A stretch of 64,000 nucleotides of DNA, taken from assembly GCA_964016885.1 (NCBI GenBank), contig OZ024747.1, positions 64,108,001 to 64,172,000 on the forward strand. The letters run 5' to 3'. Positions 50,931 through 64,000 of the stretch are shown one piece after another. The position numbers and the translations under genes were made by a program. The stretch's first letter is position 1. The number at the start of each line of letters is the position of its first letter. The notes under the pieces were generated by a model. The model saw nothing but the letters and a program-made list of their open reading frames with translations. It was not told the DNA's origin and did no database searches. The stretch comes from Eledone cirrhosa. Its lineage: Eukaryota.

Positions 50931-51738
50931 CTTTTTATTTCGACCGCATATTTGGTCAACCAGACTGCCACCCTTGACCGCCAAGTTAAAAAATTCATTG
51001 GTTTAGGGCACCTTTTAACGCCTCTTCCATGTGTAGGGAAATAAGTGTTATGTTTAAAAATACCTTATTTGTCACCGCCAGAGGACAAGAACAGCACAAA
51101 TTGCACATATTCTGTGCATAATCAACCATCACCTGATGGTCGTATAGAGCTCCAGCTAAGGTCTTCCAGTAATACCCTTTACTTGTCCCCGTCACCTTTT
51201 ATCTCTAGCCAGTGGGCTTAGTGTTAATGTTGAGATATCAACTAGACAACTGTTAGAGATGCTTATTACCCACACACATGAATTGTTTGTAGTGGTGAAG
51301 GCCTGTGTTGTATCAGCATCACGTTTTGGAAATATTGATAACGAAAGTCTGTTGCAAATGTCTGCCACGAAATCAGTGAACAACACACCTCAGGTATTGG
51401 ATAGCCAATCACTCTCAATAGTTCATCCGCCCTTTTTAACGGGTTTTGTTTTTTGTCCCGTAGTATGTCAAACAATCACTCTCGTTACGAAGCAAGCTTG
51501 GTGGGGTTGCGGGTTTAGTCGCCGGCGCCCCGGCCATATGACAGGATATAGTGGGTTACATGTTACCAGTAGCACCCAGTGGTGACCTGACTCACACACA
51601 CTCATACATATATTACATGGATATGCAGGATATTCGGGATCAGTTTGGTAGTGCCTCCTCCGATATACAGTGGTGGCTTTAACTGGACCCCGAATCCAAT
51701 GGTCGCACATACATGTTGAATGTATGAAACATTACTTT

Positions 51739-51791
<53 letters not shown>

Positions 51792-51934
51792 AGTCTGAAA
51801 CTAGCTACTGAAACGGGTAGAGCTCAGCCGTCGGGTCCCAACTACTTACAATATAACAACACACTACTAACCAAAGTATCAAGTACTCTGTTGATTAATA
51901 CTCTAACCAGTTTCAAACTGATTCCATCCGGATT

Positions 51935-51993
<59 letters not shown>

Positions 51994-51999
51994 GTTTAG

Positions 52000-52108
<109 letters not shown>

Positions 52109-52524
52109 GATGGAAGCTTCCACGTTAAATATATCCACATATATCCATAATCTTTGTTATGTTTAGTGTATAAATGTGAACATAATATATATACATTGTT
52201 TTGTTGTTTTGGTTTTAGACAATGTTTGGTATTTACCTCTTTCCATTTCCATTGGAATCGTATTTATAGTCTTTGTTTAGATTGCATAAAAGATGCACAA
52301 ATACAATACAAATATTTATAAAATGAACTCAGTTCAACTTTAATTGTTTTCTTTAACGACTCCTTCAATTAGACATTGATTGTTGTGTACGATTTAATCA
52401 GTGCAGATAATTGCAGCTTAAACATTCTCAGTACATACAAAGATGTAATCAAAAGTATAGACAATACGTTTCATTGTCTATTAAGTTATAAGCACAAGAT
52501 TAAAGTTTCCATATTGTCCAAACA

Positions 52525-52811
52525 AAAGCAACTGGGAGGAGACTCAGGAGTAGACATCTCGGAAGATGGTTGGACAACGTCCATGACCTTGGCTAGTCTC
52601 GCTTGGGGATCCAGCCGGATCAGTTGGAGATGGTTGCTTCTGACAGGACCCGCTAAGGGAAATGTTTGAGGACTTTGCCCCTCCCACGACTATCTCAAGT
52701 AGAAGAAGAAAGAGAAGATCAAGAAGAAAAAGAAGGGAGAAGAAGAAGAAGAGAAAGAGAAGAAAGAGAAAAAAGAAGAAGAAGAAAAGAAAGAGAAGAA
52801 AAGAGGAAGAA
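52525..52811 (+). pseudogene. RTE (Expander-like) LINE 3' end with (GAA)n tail
   Basis: TGRRLRSRHLGRWLDNVHDLG*SRLGIQPDQLEMVASDRTR*; GAA-rich 52700-52811. Confidence 0.82.
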
Positions 52812-52954
52812 GTCTTGTTGGAACCATAATTCTACAAGCCATGCTTAATATTTGAACACACCAGTATAGAGATATTTAAAAACTTGAAGTAGAAAAGGTA
52901 AAGCCTATAGCACATTGCTTATTCTTCTTCACTCGTTGTTCACCCCCCCCCCCT

Positions 52955-53167
52955 TAATTTTACATATCAAACTTAGCTTGACGCAAGTAATTAGAATTGA
53001 TAAGTTCTACATACAGGTATTAAATTCAAAATTCTAACCAATCTAAAACTAAAAAGCCCAGCTGATGGCACAAACTAAATTACTACGGCCGTTGCTTGTG
53101 GAGCCCCACAGTGCAGGGGGCCCGTCGAGGCAATTTCCCCCCTTTCCTCCTATGAAATCCCACTCTG
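52955..53167. mobile_element. Partial copy of the hAT-like MITE at 31466-31788
   Basis: acatatcaaa-ttagcttg..caggtattaaatt..aaaactaaaaagcccagctga shared. Confidence 0.75.
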
Positions 53168-53324
53168 CTTTCACCATGTAATTTCACGTAATTTTTTATT
53201 CTTTCGCCATGTCTGCTTTATCAATCATGTCTGTGCTCCATAATGTATTTTCATCTCACTCTATATATATACACAAGAGAATTGTTTAACTTTTTCCTTA
53301 GACACTGTGAACCGAAATGATCAA

Positions 53325-53465
53325 TCAGTACTGTCGGTTGTGGTCGAAACTATGTAAGTCCATGACTACAGAATTCTTATCCTTACTACCCTTTTGTACC
53401 ATCATTATATCATCCATCTCCAAACCTTTTCTTCGGCTGTTCCTGAACTCGTGCCAGGTTTTAAT
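53325..53465 (-). pseudogene. Short RTE-like LINE C-terminal remnant
   Basis: KTWHEFRNSRRKGLEMDD resembles the KTWxExVxxD...GL terminus; weak. Confidence 0.35.
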
Positions 53466-53800
53466 GTATATAGGTTTTAATATATATATATATATATATA
53501 GAGTCATCAAGTATGAAATTTGTAGAAAAAAACAACGGACCATATGTCTCATTACAAATTTCATACTTGACAGACACACACACACAGACACAGACACACA
53601 CTACACACACACATATATATATATATATTTATATATATATAAAGATTAGTATAGAAATGACTTCTACAGGACTGTAACTCTTTCATTCAAAATAAATCAT
53701 CAGGAAGGTTTTCCCTGGTGATTTCTGTTGAAGACATTTCTATATTAAACTTGATGTTTACACTCTACTAATGTAACTGTGTTTATCGGATTGAACCCGG

Positions 53801-53878
<78 letters not shown>

Positions 53879-54489
53879 GACACACACGCATACACACACA
53901 TATTTGAATTAAGTTGAATTTACCATAATAGTCTATTATAATCTTAAAACTACTTAGTAACTTCTAACGTTTTCTGCAATGTCCTTTCCTTATCTTTGAA
54001 TTTTCAGTTGTTTTTACCTCCAAACGATCAATATTTATAACTATAGAATTTATTTCACATAATCAAGGCTGAAGAAAACTGATTTAGGTCATAAAAAACT
54101 ATAATGCTCCTGATAATTTCATATCTTATTATACTGGAGCATAGTTAAAATAATCTCTTGTGTTTTGCTTAATATTTTAATATATTTCTATATATTTACT
54201 TTTATTCAAATTATGCGTGATATAATAAAAATGACAGTGGACGTGAATGAAAATGAATTTAATCAACTTGCAGCAGGTCCCTACATTCCTTGCAAAAAAT
54301 ATCTAAAACACATTGAATAAAATATTTTCAGATGTGACCCATAAATCGCTTTGCCATTTAAACATTTAATAATGTTTTGGGCAGTAGATTACTTTAAATT
54401 TTTTTTTTAATAGTTTACTATGAATTTTTATTGTGGAAACATTCACAACAGCGCATCGTTTACAAATAACTATAAACGCAATAAAGTAT

Positions 54490-55100
54490 GAATTTTGATT
54501 TAGGCACAAGGCCAACAGTTTTTGGAAGAGAGGAAAGTCAATTAGACGGCCCCAGTGCGCCACTGGTACTTTATATTGACCCTACCCTGTAAAAATAAAA
54601 AGGGAAATCTGACCTCGGCAGATTAGAATTGAGAACAGAAAGGGACGTAATTGTATGCCGCAAACATGTTGGCCGACGCTCTACCGATATTGTCAATTCA
54701 CCGCCCTATAAAATCAATAAATAATGGTTTCTTATATAAGTACAAGACCAGCAATTTTGGGGAGGGAAGAAAGTTGATTAAATCGATCCCAGTGCGTGAC
54801 TGGTACTTTATTTTATCGACCCCATAAGGATGAATGGCAAAGGTAACCTCGGCGGGATTTGAACTCAGATCATATAGGGCGTAACTGTGCTGCAAAGCAT
54901 GGCGTTCGACCCTCTACCGATACTGCCAATCCACCGCTCTCAGATTTCTGATTTAGGCACAAAGCTAACAAATTGTGGATGAGGGAAAAGTCACTTACAT
55001 CGACCCCAGTGTGTTGCTGGTAAGGATGAACGGTAAAGCTAACATCGATGAGATTTGAACTCAGAACGTAAAATACCATAACTATATGCCGTAAAATTTG
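54490..55100 (-). mobile_element. Three stacked SINE A long-variant copies
   Basis: ~54490-54707, 54721-54938, 54945-55100; the last is cut by the palindrome. Confidence 0.88.
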
Positions 55101-55851
55101 TGCTACTTATGATAATGATTATGATCACAACGATCATCGTCATAACAATGACGAAGTTTAGAATGTTGATAATTATGATGTCCGTCATGATCAGAACGAT
55201 GGTGGTTCATCCCTATCAATACAAGTGTTTGTTTGTGTTATATATTGGTGTTATATCAGATGAAAGAATGGTATTTAACTAATGAATTGGTACGCAATGG
55301 GGCCCACCCACAGCCCCGGCGGACAGATAGGAGAAGACGTTTTCCCGGAGGACGGCAAGGGAGACGCGCTGGAAAAGCCATTCCAATTCTGGGGCTCACA
55401 CCTGTGGTTGGCCAACTCAGCCCCTATGGTGGTGAGTAAGGAGGTAGCCATGGGGCCGAGGACACCAGAATTCTCCACTGCCAGAGTGTACTCGGCCCCA
55501 TGGCTACCTCCTTATTCACCACCATAGGCGCTGAGCTGGCCAACCACAGGTGTGAGCCCCGCGAGTTGGAGTGGCTTTTCCAGCGCGTCTCCCTTGCCGT
55601 CCTCCGGGGAAACGCCTTCTCCATTCTGTTCGCCGGGGCTGTGGGTGGGCCCCATTGCGTACCAATACATTAGTTAAATACCATTCTTTCATCTGATATA
55701 ACACCAATATATAACACAAACAAACACTTGTATTGATAGGGATGAACCACCATCGTTCTGATCATGATGAACATCATAATTATCAACATTCTAAACTTCA
55801 TCATTGTTATGACGATGATCGTTATGATCATAATCATTACCATAAGTAGCA
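55101..55851. repeat. 751-bp near-perfect palindrome (~365-bp arms, 20-nt loop)
   Basis: 55101-55465 is the reverse complement of 55486-55851; mirrored ORFs appear in the track. Confidence 0.97.
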
Positions 55852-57504
55852 GAACCACTGCCACCACCACCCCGCCAGTGTCATCTCAGCCGCCACTATT
55901 TACATGATTGTCACCAATATAGTCTTTATTTGGTTATATCATCATGATTATAGCACACAGAAAACCTTTGGAAATGAATAAAGTCTCTCATGTGTTTCGA
56001 ACAGAGATATACTGTAGCATTATTAACAGATATAATCATGTAGAAACCAGATAACGATTATTGTAACATCATAAGGAATATTTGTTAGCCGTTATCTTAT
56101 CTGTTTGGTCATCCTTGAAGTCGTTTGTCATTCTATATCATCGAAACTGTTTGAGCGTCTTGCTTGATTTCTTTTAACATCAAAGATTCGTAATTCTAAG
56201 TATGAAAGCTTAATGATAAAGGAGTTTGAGAAATACACATTGTTTATGGATGGAAATATTAAAGATGTTTTCATGCATTTCTTTCAGATAATTCGTTTAA
56301 GATACACCAATTTATCGTTGAACAATTTTCTATTTTCTTTAGGGAAACAACAGTGATGTCATTTTATCTATTCGTAGTGGTTATGAATATATTTATTGCG
56401 TGTAATGTAATGATGGTGAAGTTGCGGACATTACAGATCACCAGGCGAAATTCTATACACCACCTTTGTAGTCCTTTGAGTTTAGTATTTAGTGAATAAT
56501 TGAAGCGCAGTGTCCATGAACCTTTTCTGGGTGTCCGTGACTGGTGGGAATACAGGAGCTATTCCCAATCAACAGCCCTGGTTCGAATGCTAGGAACAGA
56601 ACATTCAATGTTAATAGCTCTTAACCAAACAAAGCTTTATTATTTCTTAGGCATTAATGATACTTCTTTTTCACATAATGAGAGGTTGTGCACAAAATGC
56701 CCTTTTCCAACAGTTCTGAGAAGAAATTAATTTGGATTTAGATTTGGATATGGAAAGTTAAGAGTTAATTGCCGCACGACAACATAACATTGCATTTTAC
56801 ATCCCATGGCATTATTTGACCTTTAACATAACACAATAAATGGAGATGTGGTGGTTACGCATTCAGCATGATTGATAACTGTTTACAACTAAATGAACAA
56901 TGAAATAGAACATTGAAAAGGGAGAATTTGACATGGACACAATAGGGAATTGTTAATTCAGAATAACTATTTACCACTAATCTAGCAGGTCGACGTTTTA
57001 ATGAATATGGTTTGATGCTACTTTCTCTTTATAATATAATATAATATAATATAATATAATATAATATAATATGCTTGATGTTTCTAAAGAGGAATAAGCT
57101 TGCAATTTATTTAGTGAAATTTCTTTTAACAGCTGCCTGAAGTCACTGGATATAATCCAGGTTATAGCTGGCAATATAAAGGCATATCATTGCCAACTAA
57201 TAGACAGGAATATGTCTTAAGATGGGAATTTGTTGAGAATTGGCCAGTGACAAATCTGGAATAATTAACTCTACAAAAGATACTCAACATGTGACATGAA
57301 TCAGGAAAATAAGATAAAATGAAAATAACATGGAAAACATAATCAATAAAGACAAACAATTTATGCAATAAAATATTTGGTTTGCAAAGGAAAGATAATT
57401 ATGAAATACGAAATATATAAAAAAAAAATACTTTGGAATACATTTTGAAGTTTTGGCATGTCATCAAATATTAGAAACCTATCCTGAAAATTATTATTAT
57501 TTTA

Positions 57505-57518
57505 TAGTAGTAGTAGTT

Positions 57519-57555
<37 letters not shown>

Positions 57556-57598
57556 GCTGATGCTACTACTAGTACTACTACTACTGTTACTGCTGATG

Positions 57599-57645
<47 letters not shown>

Positions 57646-57660
57646 GCTACTACTACTACC
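57505..57660. repeat. (TAG)n/(TAC)n microsatellite
   Basis: Direct reading. Confidence 0.95.
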
Positions 57661-58017
57661 TCCACTTCAACAACATTACCACTCTTACCATTACAATTAG
57701 GACTATCATCACCATAAATAATAACATAATCCAGTTTAACATAATAATAATATTGTTATTATTATAGAAGTTAATCATATTATACTGGAATCTATCAATA
57801 CGAAAACAAGTTACATGTTTTCTATAATATTTCCCTTATAATTAATATTTTCAAATTTCCTTCGGTTCAGAACTCCACCGTGGAACTCCGAGGATGTATG
57901 ATGGAAAATGGCGCTAGAGAGGTTCACTTAAACCTTTCAATGTGTATCATTAGCATTGTATGCTTAAGTATCATTAGCATTGTATGCTTGGTTTCTTAAT
58001 TTATGTACATTTCTTCT

Positions 58018-58112
58018 TAAACTTTGCCTTTCATGCTTACGGGGTCGATAAAATAAAGTACCAGTAATGTACTGGGTATTTGCTGGCCTTGTCCCTAAAG
58101 TAGAAACAATTA
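58018..58112 (+). mobile_element. 5'-truncated SINE family A
   Basis: 3' half of the consensus. Confidence 0.9.
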
Positions 58113-58400
58113 TCTATATATATATAAAACAGAGGATGTCTGTCTGTCTGTCTGTCTGTCTGTGTCTGTCTGTGTAAATCCCTAAAACTCGAGAAGTACC
58201 CGAGAAGGTCACAACCTATTTGGACAAGGATGCACATGTCGAAGGAAAGGCGGAGGTTATAAGAAGAAATGAATATATTATGAAGGGGCGGCACAACTAA
58301 TTTGGACAAAGTTAATCATTTTAGGGGAAGGACAGTATTGATTTAATAAAGAGCACACATTTTACCGGGGCTGGCAAAGTTTGGATAAGAGTACACAATT
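58113..58400 (+). mobile_element. Probable non-autonomous Helitron 5' part
   Basis: A|TCTATATATATATAAAA start followed by (GTCT)n; 3' CTRR end not identified. Confidence 0.45.
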
Positions 58401-59047
58401 TAATCGAAATATAAAGACAAAAAAATAATTAAAAAAATGTCGGCTGATATGAATTTGATTCGAACTCAGAGTTAAAATAGACATAATTAAATACTGAGAG
58501 ATTGGTATTCTTTCGGTTGTGGTAAATTAGCCCTAGACCAGACGCATTTTAAATATGCGATCTTATGATCATATGCATTCCAGTCGTAACTAGACCGTGT
58601 ATGTGTGTACATCAACGATTTCAGTTTATCTTTTATAATAGAAGAAAATATGAAGTGATTTGAGGTCGATATTGCTTCTATGTGTAGTGGGAGAGATAGT
58701 CTTGAAGAAAACTATTCACCATTGCAAAATAATACAAGTTTATTTCATCGTGACACTCAACGCATTCTGTCATCCAACACTTTCTTGTATGAGAACAAAA
58801 AAAGTACAAACGAGAATTACTGTGTTTATTTTCAGCATTAAAAAAGGAAAGAGACCAATAAAGAAAACAGGAGACTTCTCACATGTATTTAAAACAAATT
58901 TAAAATAGTCGAAAGCACGGAAAGTATTTTGAAATCTAAAACCACAGAGAATTGATATAGTAATAAAAAATATAAACAATAACGAATAAGAAATATATTG
59001 ATAAAAATAAACGAATAAAATAATAGTATCATTATATGTAATATATA

Positions 59048-60285
59048 GGGCGGTAGATTGGCAGTATCGGTAGAGAGTCGGACGCTATGCTTTGCAGCAC
59101 AGAGTTACGGCCCTTTACGTTCTGAGTTCAAATCACGCCGAGGTTAACTTTGTCTTTCATCCTTACGGGGTCGATAAAATAAAGTACCAGTAACGTACAT
59201 GCCTTAATTAGGGGAGAATTTTAATTGAACATATCACAGATTAACAGTGACAAAGCTGCATGATTTAACTCAATCCCATTACTGCACTAGGGCTTGGTGA
59301 ACACAACTATAAGGATATGGTCCGAACTCCCACTGTCATCGCCTCCATCTCTCTCGCCCCCCCATCCCTCCGTATGGTGAGCAAATGGAGTCACACGTGC
59401 TGCCCTCCCCACAGCCCAGGCAGACAGAATGAAGAAGGCGTTTCCATGGTGGGGGCTATTTAATCGATTATCCCCTCCCTCCAAATTACTGGTCTTGTGC
59501 TTATACTAGAAATCATATGTATATTATTAGGGTGCTGGATTGGCAGTATCAGTAGAGCGTCGGTCAACATGCTTTGTGGTAAATGCCGACGAGGTTAGTT
59601 TTGCCTTTCATCATTATAGGGTCGATAAATAAAGTACCAGTAATATAGTGCGGTCGATTTAATCGACTTTCCCCTCATCACAAATTGTTGGCCTTGTGTC
59701 AAAATCAGAAAGCAGCGATGGATTGGCAGTATCAGTAGAGGGTCGGACGCCAGGCTTTGACGCATAGAGTAACGCTCGTTTCTATTCTGAGTTCAAATCC
59801 CGTCGAGGTTAACTTTGCCTTTCATCCTTACGGGGTCGATAAAATAAAGTACCAGTAATGCACTGGGTAATTGCTGGCCTTGTGCCAAAAGTAGAAACAA
59901 TTATATGTATATTGCTTGGCTTTTGGCTTGGCAGTATCAGTAGAGCGTCGGACAGCATTCTTTGTGGCATTGATTTACGACCCTTTATGCACAGAGTTCA
60001 AATCCCGCGAGTAAGCCTTGCCTTTCCTCCTTACGGGGTCGATAAAATAAAGTACCAGTAATGCACTGGGTTATTGCTGGCCTTGTGCCAAAAGTAGAAA
60101 CAATTATATGTATATTGCTTGGCTTTTGACTTGGCAGTATCAGTCGAGCGTCGGACAGCATTCTTTGTGGCATTGATTTACGACCCTTTATGCACAGAGT
60201 TCAAATCCCGCCGAGTTAGCCTTGCCTTTCCTCCTTACGGGGTCGATAAAATAAAGTACCAGTAATGCAGTGGGGTAGAGTTAAG
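59048..60285 (+). mobile_element. Cluster of five SINE A copies; the first is split by a ~250-bp insert, the last two form a ~203-bp tandem duplication
   Basis: Copies at ~59048-59514, 59530-59711, 59714-59903, 59925-60106, 60130-60285; atatgtatatt at 59515, 59903, 60106. Confidence 0.88.
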
Positions 60286-60489
60286 CGTCTCTAACATCAG
60301 TAATGTACAACAACTTTACTAAACTTTATATTTTATCTAGTAAGTCTAACCCTTCCTATCAACAATGTCAGCTCGCTCTAATAATATATACGAAAAATTA
60401 CTACGTCATCAATATCAGAAAACTGATAGCGTAAGGCTATTTTATTTAGATATGTGTAGACAGATCACTCGTATATACCCCACTACACA

Positions 60490-60513
60490 CATACATAAAT
60501 GTATATATACACA

Positions 60514-60583
<70 letters not shown>

Positions 60584-60587
60584 TATA

Positions 60588-60671
<84 letters not shown>

Positions 60672-60732
60672 TATATACATATATATACACATATATATAT
60701 ATATACACATATATATATATATATATATACAC

Positions 60733-60815
<83 letters not shown>

Positions 60816-60959
60816 CATATATATATATACACACACATTTACAAATATATATATATATATACACACACATTTACACACACACACTTATATATACATATAT
60901 ATATATATACCACATTTACACACATTTATAAATATATATATATACAATTACACACATCC

Positions 60960-61017
<58 letters not shown>

Positions 61018-61028
61018 GGATGTGTGTA

Positions 61029-61081
<53 letters not shown>

Positions 61082-61097
61082 ATATATATATATATAA
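60490..61097. repeat. (TA)n domain containing a perfect palindrome at 60932-61045
   Basis: caattacacacatccattt(at)n aaatggatgtgtgtaattg. Confidence 0.95.
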
Positions 61098-61671
61098 ACA
61101 ATTATTCCTAGTACTTGTAATATAGGAATGTTTTTGTAATTCGTGTTTCTTTTTTTCTAGCGATGATTTCCCCTTCCCCAGGTAAAATACCATGATTGAT
61201 ACTCTGTCTAATCGGCGCTGTTTAACGTTGCTGTTATGTCTCCAACTGTTCAGTCGATTATTTTGATAACATTAACAAAAAAATAAAAAATGTAAATGTG
61301 GAAGATGGTTGTTGTTCGTGTGCTAGCGGGAATTTTACAAAGATTTTGAAGAGTTTGGACAAGTTTTTATTTTTGCTATGTCATGGCGGCGGGAGAGAGG
61401 AAACTAATATATAGAGACTGATCCTTCAACAGAGAAAAATTAGATTATTCAACAAAAATATCTTATTCCTCTCAAACAAAAGGTCAGCCCCAAAATGTCG
61501 GACACTCCTATCATACCCTCACGACATAAAATATATATATTCTGCAAACAAGAATTTAGCTATAATTTCCTTTTTATCTTTATTTGCTTACTTCTTCAAT
61601 CAATACTTTACTGCACATCTCACCTTATTTGACATTTCATATCTTACATAGCAGTCTCAGTGTTTGTATCA

Positions 61672-61759
<88 letters not shown>

Positions 61760-61789
61760 GAGAGAGAGACAGACAGAGAGACAAACACG

Positions 61790-62010
61790 AAGGCGCATCG
61801 CTTAGAGGTTAGAAAGTTGGATTCACAGTCTTGAAGTTGTGAGTTCAAATTGCGAAGCAGGTGCTGCGTTGTGCTGAGCAAGACATTTTATTTCACGTTG
61901 CTCCTGTTCACCCAGCTGTAGAAATGAGTTGCAGTTTCACTGTTGCCAAGCTGTATCTACCTTTGCTTTTGCCTTGACCAACATCACTGGAGAAGAGAGG
62001 GGAGACTGGC
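61790..62010 (+). mobile_element. SINE family B copy after (CA)n
   Basis: GTTGTGAGTTCAAAT, GTGCTGAGCAAGACATTTTATTTCACGTTGCTCC. Confidence 0.85.
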
Positions 62011-62193
62011 CTGCCTATTGTCAAAATTGTTTGAAAATTATAGGTAGTCGTTCATTAAAAATATAACGAAAAGTTTGGCCAGGTGAAATATTTGTTGTTA
62101 CAAAAAGTAGCAACCTAACATCCTGTTTCTATTTCTATAAGTTTGTATGTGGTAGTATCTTCACCTGAAGTGATCATACTATTATTGCATATA

Positions 62194-62378
62194 GGGCGGT
62201 GGTTTGGCAGTATCGGTAGAGCGTCAGACACCATGCTTTACATCATATTTATGGCCATTTGCGTTCTGAGTTCAAATGCGCCGAGGTTTACTTTGCTTTT
62301 CATCCTTATCTGTTGATAAAATAAAACACCAGTAATGCACTGAGGTAATCGCTAGCCTTGCGCCAAAAGTAGAAACAC
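62194..62378 (+). mobile_element. SINE family A
   Basis: TSD actatt(a/t)ttgcatatag. Confidence 0.9.
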
Positions 62379-62742
62379 TATTTTTGCATATAGAGAATAA
62401 ACGTACCGAAGGTATGGTAGCAGTTTGTTTCGTATACCGTGTGTGGAAATTGTTTCTATGTATTCAGAAGAGGGGTTGGTGGGCCAGTAAGCATGGCCAT
62501 ACTATATCGGGGACCCTAATTCAGTCTATTTTTATTATATTTGTCTGCTAATTTCAAGTGTATAAATGTGCGCTAAATTTACATCACGCTTCACGCTTGC
62601 CTTTTTATCTTTCATCATGCAGCCACCACCAAATGTAGATCAGAAATTATTTTTTTCAGGTCATTTACTTATATCTATAGTGGCAAGATTCTCCGAAGAA
62701 ATAGATCAAGGAAAACTAACGGTCCATATAAAGTAGAGCGCC

Positions 62743-62815
<73 letters not shown>

Positions 62816-62821
62816 TTATTA

Positions 62822-63165
62822 ATTTATTAAAATAACAGATTAAAGTTTAAGCAAAGAATCGCTGCTTTCACCCTTAACGGGATCTTCTGAAACTAACAAA
62901 GTCAATCTGTAAACGCAGAACTGGATATTTCAAAAAACGTTGCAACCGGAGGAAGACAGGAAGACGATACTTTGGTTCGTGGAAACGTTCGCTGGCAAAG
63001 AACGGGAAAAAACGAATAATACGTCATTAATAGGAGCGGTTTCTTTGCTTAAACTTTAATCTGTTATTTTAATAAATATTTGCTCTACGGTTCTTATATA
63101 TTTGATATATATTTATCCTTATCGAGCCCTCTTTGGATTTTAGTCTTCAATTTTATTATTATTAC
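62822..63165 (-). mobile_element. (TA)n-embedded Penelope-like mini element with 37-bp inverted repeats and a tail
   Basis: 62822-62858 is the perfect reverse complement of 63041-63077; hammerhead-like remnant CAGAAGA t ccc-gttaa-ggg t GAAAGC on minus. Confidence 0.7.
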
Positions 63166-63227
63166 TATATATATATATATATATATACACCATACAAAAG
63201 ATTGTGTTTAGCAAACATTAATTACTC

Positions 63228-63536
63228 ATCCCGCCGAGGTTGACTTTGCCTTTCATCCTTACGGGGTCGATAAAATAAAGTACCAGTAATGCACTGAGTA
63301 ATTGCTGGCCTTGTGCCTAAAGTAGAAACAATTAATTACTCAATGAAGGGCGGTGGATTGGCAGTATCGGTAGAGGGTCGGACGCCATGCTTTCCAGCAT
63401 AGTTACGTCCCTTTACGATCTGAGTTCAAATCCCACCGAGGTTGACTTTGCCTTTCATCCTTACGGGGTCAATAAAATAAAGTACCAGTAATGCACTGGG
63501 TAATTGCTGGCCTTGTGCCTAAAGTAGAAACAATTA
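63228..63536 (+). mobile_element. Two young SINE A copies at one target (63228-63334 truncated, 63348-63536 full)
   Basis: Target attaattactca(atgaa) at 63217-28, 63331-47, 63533-49. Confidence 0.95.
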
Positions 63537-64000
63537 ATTACTTAATGAATAGTTTAAAGTGAGTCCTACATTTCATACCCAGGCTTATCCTTTACATCAG
63601 GTATGGAATTATTGTTAACTTGTTGGTGAGGAAAATATTACATTTGGCTCTGGGTTTATTACTAGGGGTTTACGGGTCTATATTTGAAATATAGCATCAG
63701 CCTCTTGGGTATTGCATGGATATATTACCAGTCTTGTCCTACATTATACACCTGGCGGGGGATCATTACTAGTTTTTGTGCTTATATTTCACATTACCCT
63801 TGAGCTATCACCAGATATGGTGGGCGTGGTCTACATTTTGCATCTGACCAAGACATATTTTCAGATATGGTCTGCACGGCCATGTACGTGTCGAACTAAA
63901 CGCTGAATAAATCGGCTAAAATGTTTCTTGTAAGCTTTTCCCATAAGACACAAGCATATTGCAAGCATTCAACTAAGTGTTACTAACTAATAATTGTTTC

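Noticed and set aside
51788-51937. (TA)n-flanked insert with ctgaaa...GAAACggGTA
   Set aside because: Probably another TA-embedded element, but the core and stem I are incomplete, so no ribozyme call.
58781-58838. Signal-peptide-like MLKINTVILVCTFFVLIQE on minus, phase-compatible with the receptor exon
   Set aside because: Donor would be gtgttg, which is weak; a similar weak candidate exists near 57293-57344. Needs RNA evidence.

Overview
Eukaryotic, AT-rich, repeat-dense DNA, most likely an octopus (coleoid cephalopod) intron or intergenic region; this is inferred from the SINE families and the extreme (TA)n/(CA)n/(GAT)n density. Almost all ORF-track entries are microsatellite artefacts. 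One convincing host coding exon is visible (36131-36273, minus): a 143-nt phase-1 to phase-0 exon that reads as exon 2 of a divergent Cys-loop/nicotinic-receptor-like gene. The rest is about 35 copies of a tRNA-derived SINE, a second SINE family, LINE remnants (RTE, R4/Dong RLE, a zinc-knuckle ORF1), Penelope-like remnants and several MITEs. The most notable structures are: (i) short (TA)n-embedded elements carrying minimal type-I hammerhead ribozymes, including a U3-A8 compensatory core variant; (ii) SINE stacks in which the same target sequence recurs between successive copies; (iii) a 751-bp near-perfect palindrome and smaller fold-backs centred on (TA)n. Coordinates were read by eye; ends of degenerate elements are approximate.
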